Positions 58,017 to 64,000 of a stretch of 64,000 nt of DNA are shown piece after piece. The stretch comes from a virus. The first letter of the stretch is position 1, and each line of letters begins with the position of its first letter. Under the pieces are notes generated by a model. It was not told where the DNA came from and did no database searches. It was given only the letters and a program-made list of their open reading frames with translations. The stretch lies in the IMG/VR virus record IMGVR_UViG_3300032435_000001. One strand, given 5' to 3'. The position numbers and the translations under genes were made by a program.

Positions 58017-58616
58017 ATGATAGGTAATATAGTAAGTGATATTGATGTAAATGTAGGTTGTGAGTTTAACTATTCTAAAAGTTTAGATGGTATAGACTCA
58101 CAACTACCTACATTAATTATTGGTTTCGACTTATCTAAAGAATTGTTAAATAGTGTTGACGTTTTAAATAGAAAAGTTAATGATAGTTTATTTTGGACAT
58201 TCACGAAAAGGGAGTATAGAAAATTGTTTAATAATGATATAGAAGATTTTACGCAATTTTGTTACACAACGTCAGTTAATCAAATAAGTTATATTTATAT
58301 TGATTTATTACAAATGAAACCAACTACTTTATTTAAAATATATCGTAAGATAAACTCACTAAATAACTTATATTCATACGAATATGATAATAAAATGTTA
58401 TATATATATTCAGATAACTTAATATTTGGCTTTGACTTAGAATTATATACTTTTGTTGGTGGGGATGTTGAAAAGGTTAAAACTAAAATAAAAGATAAAA
58501 GTTTGGTCTTTTTGAGTGGTAATGGGGTATATATAGAGTATACAAATTATATGGAAAGGTTAAATTACGAACCTAAGTACATACCATATTTGGAATACTT
58601 AAATAAAAATGAATAA
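58017..58616 (+). CDS. hypothetical protein, possibly leaderless transcript
   Basis: TATATTTG at 58005-58012, 4 nt before the ATG. Confidence 0.7.
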   Translation: MIGNIVSDIDVNVGCEFNYSKSLDGIDSQLPTLIIGFDLSKELLNSVDVLNRKVNDSLFWTFTKREYRKLFNNDIEDFTQFCYTTSVNQISYIYIDLLQMKPTTLFKIYRKINSLNNLYSYEYDNKMLYIYSDNLIFGFDLELYTFVGGDVEKVKTKIKDKSLVFLSGNGVYIEYTNYMERLNYEPKYIPYLEYLNKNE

Positions 58617-59016
58617 AACACTACTATTAGCCTCTTTTGTTTATCTTGATAAGATAGATGAAAGGAAAAAACATTTGAAAGAAAACTTCAACATAGATGA
58701 AAATAATGTATTCATCTATGAAATTGAGGGTGAACAAGAAAAATTTCTCATCACTTTCAAAATTATAGTAGAGAATGGTGAAAGATTGGACATTAAAAAA
58801 CATTTTAAGAATACGATTCTAATTCATAAGAAATCATCAACACTATACACTATAAATGCGTTAAATGAGTTAATCATATCACAACATAAACTAAACCCAT
58901 TATTAAAACATAATTTTAAAGAATATAAAATTGATTGGGTTAATTATGAGAGTAAATTATTAATGATTAATAATAATAATTTAACTTCGTTAAGTTTAAA
59001 TAGAATTTTCCCTTAA
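58609..59016 (+). CDS. hypothetical protein
   Basis: Overlaps the upstream stop; TILIHKKSSTLYTINALNELI. Confidence 0.7.
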   Translation: MNKTLLLASFVYLDKIDERKKHLKENFNIDENNVFIYEIEGEQEKFLITFKIIVENGERLDIKKHFKNTILIHKKSSTLYTINALNELIISQHKLNPLLKHNFKEYKIDWVNYESKLLMINNNNLTSLSLNRIFP

Positions 59017-59059
59017 TTGCGTATATTTATTATTAAATAATAAACTTAAAAAAAATGTT

Positions 59060-59221
59060 ATGTTAGATAAAAAGATTGAAAAAAAATTAGATAAATTTCT
59101 AAACCCTTTAGATACTGAAGAATGTTTAAGTGATGAATGTGTTATTAAATCTGATAAAAGTATTGTTGAAAGAATAAATAAAAAAGTTATTACTGAAGAC
59201 GGTAGACAATTATTAACTTAA
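59060..59221 (+). CDS. small hypothetical protein, 53 aa (not in the ORF track)
   Basis: MLDKKIEKKLDKFLNPLDTEECLSDECVIKSDKSIVERINKKVITEDGRQLLT; late motif at 59024-59030; ends 1 nt before the next ATG. Confidence 0.75.
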   Translation: MLDKKIEKKLDKFLNPLDTEECLSDECVIKSDKSIVERINKKVITEDGRQLLT

Positions 59222-59222
59222 T

Positions 59223-59930
59223 ATGAAAAAACCAATGAAATCGTTAAATGAGGAATTGAAAAAATTCCAAAAAATAATTGAATATAATCATTACACTCCT
59301 GAGAATTACCATGAGGATGATTTATCTATTGTGATGGAGGACGAACCAGAAATGGGAGATGAAGATGGTATGGGTACCGAACCAGAAATGGGGGGTGAAG
59401 ATGACATGGGTAACGAACCAGAAATGGGCGGTGAAGATGAAATGGTTAGTGAACCAGAAACGGGAGATGAAGATGAAATGGTTAGTGAACCAGAAACGGG
59501 AGATGAAGTGGAAATTGATATCACCCAATTAGTTCAAGGTACTGAGGATGCTAAAATGTTAGCCCAACAATCTAATCAAAAGATTGATATGTTAATGAAC
59601 CAATTTGATGAATTAACAAATAAGATATCTAATATAGATAATATATCAAATAGAATTGAAGGTCTTAGTGCTGAAATGGAGAAAAGATTACCTACTGACC
59701 AAGAAAAATTGGAAATGAGGTCTTTAAGTTCTTACCCTTATAATCAAAAACTTACTGATTATTGGTTTGATAAAGAAGGTACTTACGATGTTATGGGTAA
59801 TAAAGAGGAAAATAAACCTAAAGAGTATGTCTTAACTAAAAACGATGTTGATTCTGGTTATAGTGATGGTAAAATAAAGGCATCATTTAACTCAAATAAC
59901 GATAATGAATTCGAGGAGGAAGATATTTAA
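59223..59930 (+). CDS. acidic coiled-coil protein with five 12-aa EPE(M/T)G repeats (possible prohead core/internal protein)
   Basis: SLNEELKKFQKIIEY N-terminus; 36-nt repeats starting at 59343, 59379, 59415, 59451 and 59487. Confidence 0.6.
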   Translation: MKKPMKSLNEELKKFQKIIEYNHYTPENYHEDDLSIVMEDEPEMGDEDGMGTEPEMGGEDDMGNEPEMGGEDEMVSEPETGDEDEMVSEPETGDEVEIDITQLVQGTEDAKMLAQQSNQKIDMLMNQFDELTNKISNIDNISNRIEGLSAEMEKRLPTDQEKLEMRSLSSYPYNQKLTDYWFDKEGTYDVMGNKEENKPKEYVLTKNDVDSGYSDGKIKASFNSNNDNEFEEEDI

Positions 59931-59956
59931 TAAGTAAAAAAAATACTACATATATT

Positions 59957-59986
59957 AAAAAAAACCGCTAAATAGCGGTTTTTTTT
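59957..59986 (+). terminator. intrinsic terminator
   Basis: A8-CCGCTA-AA-TAGCGG-T8. Confidence 0.85.
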
Positions 59987-60003
59987 ATATCTTATTTCAT
60001 TAA

Positions 60004-60083
60004 CTTGTGATTTAAAATAAAAGTTGGTATATTTGTTAAGTATTAGAATAAACACTTTACTTTTAAAACTTTTAAAGTATATT
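60004..60083 (+). promoter_or_regulatory. tandem promoters for the replication operon: CTTG-N20-TATATTTG and TTTACT-N16-TATATT
   Basis: -7 box at 60028-60035; second motif at 60056-60083. Confidence 0.6.
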
Positions 60084-60122
60084 TTAATAAATAAATAAAT
60101 AAAATAAAATAAAATTATCATT

Positions 60123-60992
60123 ATGAGTTCATTAGATGCTATATTAGCACAGTACGAAAAAAACGAGAGACCATCAAGTGGGAGAAAAGTTACAGATTTA
60201 AAAGATTATTTCACAACTTATTTACCTGATGGTCAAAATTCAAAAACTAAAACGATTAGAATTTTACCTATGGCAGATGGCTCATCACCGTTCGTAGAAG
60301 TTTACGGACATTCTATTCAAGTTGATGGGGCATGGAGAAAATTTATGTGTCCAAAACACCAAAAAAATGAACCTTGTCCATTTTGCGAAGCTAGGGAACT
60401 TTTATTAGCATCTGGTAAAGAAAGCGACAAGGAGTTAGCTAAAAAATACAACGCTAGAAAGATGTACATAGTTAAATTAATCGATAGAGAATTTGAGGAG
60501 GAAGGTCCTAAGTTCTGGAGATTTAACCATGACTTTAGAAAAACTGGTGTTTTCGACAAAATTGTAGATTTACTTAAGTCTGGTGTTGGGGAAATAATGC
60601 ACCCTGAAGTTGGTAGAGATTTATCAGTTAACATCTCAAGAGACCAATTGAAAAAGCCATTCGTTTCGTCAATTATACACAAAGACATTTCACCTTTATC
60701 AACTAACCCAGAGTTATCTAAAACTTTTTTATCAGACGAAAGAACTTGGGAAGATATCTACGCAGTTAAATCTTATGATTATTTATTTATAATAGTGTCT
60801 GGTGGTATTCCATTTTATGATAAAGACGCTAAGAAATATGTTGATAAGAAAAATATCAAAGAAGGTAACGATTTATCTGACGCTGATTATGGTAGTGGTT
60901 TAACGATTACTAAAGAAAGTTTTGCAACTAATAACACATCTAGTTCATCTAGTTCATCTAGTAATGACTCACCAGATGATTTACCGTTTTAA
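60123..60992 (+). CDS. single-stranded DNA-binding protein (T4 gp32-like)
   Basis: IRILP...PF...H, CP...CPFCE Zn motif, GRDL, acidic tail ending DDLPF. Confidence 0.88.
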   Translation: MSSLDAILAQYEKNERPSSGRKVTDLKDYFTTYLPDGQNSKTKTIRILPMADGSSPFVEVYGHSIQVDGAWRKFMCPKHQKNEPCPFCEARELLLASGKESDKELAKKYNARKMYIVKLIDREFEEEGPKFWRFNHDFRKTGVFDKIVDLLKSGVGEIMHPEVGRDLSVNISRDQLKKPFVSSIIHKDISPLSTNPELSKTFLSDERTWEDIYAVKSYDYLFIIVSGGIPFYDKDAKKYVDKKNIKEGNDLSDADYGSGLTITKESFATNNTSSSSSSSSNDSPDDLPF

Positions 60993-61010
60993 GGTAAGTA
61001 ATTTAATGAT

Positions 61011-61046
61011 AAATAAGGTAAAACCATATATGGTTTTACCTTATTT
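61011..61046. other. 36-bp perfect palindrome between SSB and RecA (terminator or processing hairpin)
   Basis: AAATAAGGTAAAACCATA|TATGGTTTTACCTTATTT. Confidence 0.7.
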
Positions 61047-61090
61047 TATCTTAAAATTTTAAAAATAATAAGTTTAAATATAAATATAAA

Positions 61091-62197
61091 ATGGGTAAAG
61101 CACCGAAAAAAACTAATGTTATAGATAAAAATGATTTCGATTTAGATGCATTCTTAGAGTCTGAAAATATAGTAACTGTATCACAAGATAAAGAATTATC
61201 TTGGGTTCCACTATCTAAAGCTTGGCATGATGCGATTAAACTACCAGGTTTCCCAAGAGGATTCGTTAGTCTTGTAAGAGGCTACTCAAATACTGGTAAA
61301 TCAACCGCTTTTTATGAGGCTATCGCAGGTACTCAAAAAATTGGTGACCTTGCAATAGTAATTGAAACCGAAGGTAATTGGAATGTTGACCATGCTAAGA
61401 AAATAGGTGTTAAATTCAAAGAATTTGTTGATGCCAAAACTGGTGAGATAACTGAAAAACCAGATGGTTTTATTCTTATGAGAAGTAAGGATATTTACGA
61501 TAAGTATAAATGTTACAATCATCAAGATAGTAAGATGATGACCAAACCAACTAGAGGTGAGCCAGTTATTGAGGATGTTTCACTTTTTATTAGTGAAATG
61601 ATTCAAAAACAAGAAGATGGTTTAATAAGAAAAAACATTGTATTCCTTTGGGATTCAATTGGTACATTAAATTGCTACAAATCAGCTTGTTCTAATTCTA
61701 GTAATAATATGTGGAATGCTGGTGCAATGGGTGCCTTCCAAGCTATTGTCAACTTTAAAATACCATCTAGTAGAGCAGTAGATAGTTTATATATCAATAC
61801 AATGATTTGCGTTCAGAAAATATGGTTAGATAATATGAATGGTACTGTGATTAAACACAAAGGTGGTGAGTTTATGTTCTTCAATTCTAGGATTATAGTC
61901 CATGTTGGTGGTATATTAACACATGGTACTAAAAAACTAACAGCTAAAGCTTTAAATCAAGATTTCCAATATGGAACTGAAGCTAAAATTAGATGTGAGA
62001 AAAATCATGTTACTGGTATTGAGAGAAATGGTACGATAGCTTCCACACCACATGGTTATATTAACCCAAATGAATTGGATGAGTATAAGAAAGAACATAG
62101 ACAATTCATTCATGACGCTTTAAATGTTGATTACGATACAGTGATTGAGTATTTAAGTGAGGACGGTCAACTTGAAGGTGATGATATTATAGAATAG
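61091..62197 (+). CDS. recA: RecA/UvsX-like recombinase
   Basis: GFPRG, Walker A GYSNTGKST, IETE, Walker B FLWDSIG, KGG and KNH. Confidence 0.85.
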   Translation: MGKAPKKTNVIDKNDFDLDAFLESENIVTVSQDKELSWVPLSKAWHDAIKLPGFPRGFVSLVRGYSNTGKSTAFYEAIAGTQKIGDLAIVIETEGNWNVDHAKKIGVKFKEFVDAKTGEITEKPDGFILMRSKDIYDKYKCYNHQDSKMMTKPTRGEPVIEDVSLFISEMIQKQEDGLIRKNIVFLWDSIGTLNCYKSACSNSSNNMWNAGAMGAFQAIVNFKIPSSRAVDSLYINTMICVQKIWLDNMNGTVIKHKGGEFMFFNSRIIVHVGGILTHGTKKLTAKALNQDFQYGTEAKIRCEKNHVTGIERNGTIASTPHGYINPNELDEYKKEHRQFIHDALNVDYDTVIEYLSEDGQLEGDDIIE

Positions 62198-62202
62198 AAT
62201 AT

Positions 62203-63252
62203 ATGAGAAGAGCACCTAGAAAAGATAATCTTGGGAAAGAAATTAAAACATTACTAATAGATGGTAACGCTCTGTTTAAAACGGGTTATCATGGTGCTAT
62301 AAACGATTATAACGATGATGGGAGGACTATAGGGGGTATTTACCAATTTGTGGTCATCATGAGAAAGTTAATCGATGAGAAGTATTATGATAGAGTTTTC
62401 GTCTTTTGGGATGGTAAATTTAGTGGTAAATTAAGATATAATCTTTATTCCGATTACAAAGGTAATCGGAATAAAGATTATATAAATGGTACAATACCAG
62501 ATGATAAGGACCAAATATTACAACGTTTGATAGTTCAAGAGTACCTAGAAGAATTATTTATTAGACAATTAGAGGATGAAATAGTTGAAAGTGATGATTT
62601 TATTTCGTATTTTTGTAAAACTAAAGGATTAAATGAGAAAATAACTATATGCACTAATGATAGAGATTTATGTCAATTAATAGATACTGATATTACGATT
62701 TATTTATGTGATAAGAAAAGATATGTCTCAGTTTGTAATTATAATGAGTTTTTTAAACATCACCATACAAATTCAGCTTTAGTTAAAATCATCAGTGGTG
62801 ATAATAGTGATAATATTAAAGGTATCAAAGGAGTTAAAGAACCTTCACTTTTAAAGTACTTTCCGTTTATAGCTGAAAGAAGTTGCACCTTAGTTGAGAT
62901 TATTAATGATGCTAAAAAATTACAGAATCAAAGATTAGTGGAGAAAAAGAAACCATTAAAAGTATTTGATAATTTAATCAATAGCGTTACAGATGGGATA
63001 CAAGGAAAGGATATTTATAAAATTAATAAACTTCTAGTTGATTTAACCACGCCTCAAATTACTTTGAGTGGTATTAATAAATTAGAAATATTAAAAAATG
63101 GTGTTATTGACCCACAAAACAGGGGTGTTAAGAACGTTATTAATTTAATGAGAAGAGATGGTATTGATAAGAAATTTTCTGATGTTTCAGAATACTTAAT
63201 ACCATTTAATAGATTGATTGAGAGAGAAAAAAAAATGTTTAACAAAAATTAG
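62203..63252 (+). CDS. 5'-3' exonuclease/flap endonuclease (T4 RNase H / PolI N-terminal-like)
   Basis: LLIDGNAL, VFWDG, YKGNR, ESDDFI, TNDRDLCQL and GDNSDNIKGIKG. Confidence 0.93.
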   Translation: MRRAPRKDNLGKEIKTLLIDGNALFKTGYHGAINDYNDDGRTIGGIYQFVVIMRKLIDEKYYDRVFVFWDGKFSGKLRYNLYSDYKGNRNKDYINGTIPDDKDQILQRLIVQEYLEELFIRQLEDEIVESDDFISYFCKTKGLNEKITICTNDRDLCQLIDTDITIYLCDKKRYVSVCNYNEFFKHHHTNSALVKIISGDNSDNIKGIKGVKEPSLLKYFPFIAERSCTLVEIINDAKKLQNQRLVEKKKPLKVFDNLINSVTDGIQGKDIYKINKLLVDLTTPQITLSGINKLEILKNGVIDPQNRGVKNVINLMRRDGIDKKFSDVSEYLIPFNRLIEREKKMFNKN

Positions 63253-63256
63253 TGTT

Positions 63257-63751
63257 ATGAGAAAAAATGTTGAAAAGCCGTTATTTGAGTTTTCGTTGTT
63301 TATTAATAAAAACATTGTATGTCAAAGAAGTTTTGATGTCTATGGTTTTAATGCGGACTCCTTAGGTTCTTATGAGTTAAAAGAAATGATGAATGAGATT
63401 TCTGGTGTTAACAACGATTTAGGTAGGTTAGGTATTATACCTAAATTCTTAAAAAGTAAAAGTGATGATTATTTATGGGATAATTACAACCCACATATAC
63501 ATCAAAAAACGGAAGATATATTTATCCAAGATATACTTGAGATAGATGATAATTTCCAATTCGAAGTGAGAATGGGTGGTAAATTAATAACCAGCTCTAA
63601 CTTTAGTGGTAATTTATTCCCGCCAAGGGTTAGATACCAAGTTAATATCAGAGAAATCATTTTTGATATTATTGGTGAGATAAGAGAATTTTTGACTAGG
63701 AAAGAATACACAGCAATTAGTGAAGTGTATAACGAACAACCAGTAAATTAA
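63257..63751 (+). CDS. hypothetical protein in the replication operon
   Basis: Open frame from TTG 63218; ATG 63257 just after the exonuclease stop is the more plausible start. Confidence 0.7.
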   Translation: MRKNVEKPLFEFSLFINKNIVCQRSFDVYGFNADSLGSYELKEMMNEISGVNNDLGRLGIIPKFLKSKSDDYLWDNYNPHIHQKTEDIFIQDILEIDDNFQFEVRMGGKLITSSNFSGNLFPPRVRYQVNIREIIFDIIGEIREFLTRKEYTAISEVYNEQPVN

Positions 63752-63760
63752 TATTAACAT

Positions 63761-64000
63761 ATGTCTAGAGTAGAAAAAGATAATCTAGGTTTTTTAGGTG
63801 AGGACTATCAGTTAAGGCTGATAGCTCAACTAATAACTGATAAAAAATTCGCTAACGATATATTAGACATTATAGATGTTAACTTTTTTGGTGATGAATA
63901 CCTAAAACTAATAGCTGTTGAGATTAAAAATGCTTATAATACTCATCAAGTTATACCAGACTTTGAAAGTTTAGAGTTTAGATTGAAAGAAAGATTAAGT
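63761..64000 (+). CDS. N-terminus of probable DnaB/gp41-like replicative helicase (truncated by the window)
   Basis: MSRVEKDNLGFLGEDYQLRLIAQLITDKKFANDILDIIDVNFF...VIPDFESL; open to the window end; replication-operon context. Confidence 0.6.
   Translation, partial: MSRVEKDNLGFLGEDYQLRLIAQLITDKKFANDILDIIDVNFFGDEYLKLIAVEIKNAYNTHQVIPDFESLEFRLKERLS

Noticed and set aside
2199-63711. Short antisense or nested ORFs in the track (e.g. 2199, 11998, 13807, 26180, 27122, 30367, 38535, 45981, 59306, 59927, 60317, 63502)
   Set aside because: They shadow well-supported genes or cover promoter/terminator DNA, with no motifs or expression signals
1-64000. Stop-codon reassignment as in some large Bacteroidota phages
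   Set aside because: Coding density is high in code 11, and TAG/TGA terminate genes at sensible positions (dUTPase, RecA, hub) without fragmenting conserved proteins
1-64000. tRNA, rRNA or group I intron
   Set aside because: Intergenic gaps are short and AT-rich; no cloverleaf or intron core was recognisable by eye (a covariance-model scan would be needed to exclude them fully)

Overview
A 64-kb, very AT-rich segment of a large lytic myovirus (jumbo/T4-like architecture) read in the standard genetic code. The host is most likely a Bacteroidota: TAnnTTTG promoter boxes lie before non-structural genes and A-rich leaders lack Shine-Dalgarno sites. From left to right the window holds a glycosyl/acetyl-transferase cluster with a frameshift-split KpsS-like gene, a fibre cassette, dUTPase/HD/glycosyltransferase genes, a small late operon with a stand-alone WYL protein, several fibre/baseplate genes and a GH19 endolysin. 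It continues with family-B DNA polymerase and an SNF2 helicase (each carrying a decaying intein), neck and tail-terminator genes, a jointed fibre module, tail sheath and tube separated by an antisense homing-endonuclease-like gene, tail assembly chaperone, tape measure, an AT-only 13-mer array, and baseplate proteins with OmpA-like, LysM-like, MepA-like and lysozyme domains. It ends with SSB, RecA/UvsX, a 5'-3' exonuclease and the start of a replicative helicase. The most notable signals not in the ORF track are: (i) a probable programmed +1/-2 frameshift on a U7 run joining the gp26-like chaperone to a start-less gp51-like frame; (ii) a TATTTAT motif upstream of 13 structural/late-type genes or operons; (iii) capsid-targeting-like (I/L)xE motifs on a WYL protein and its neighbours; (iv) a Zn-ribbon/PD-(D/E)xK/Mom-like GNAT fusion; (v) a promoter plus AT-only origin candidate. 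All protein assignments come from motif recognition by eye; no database search was run.
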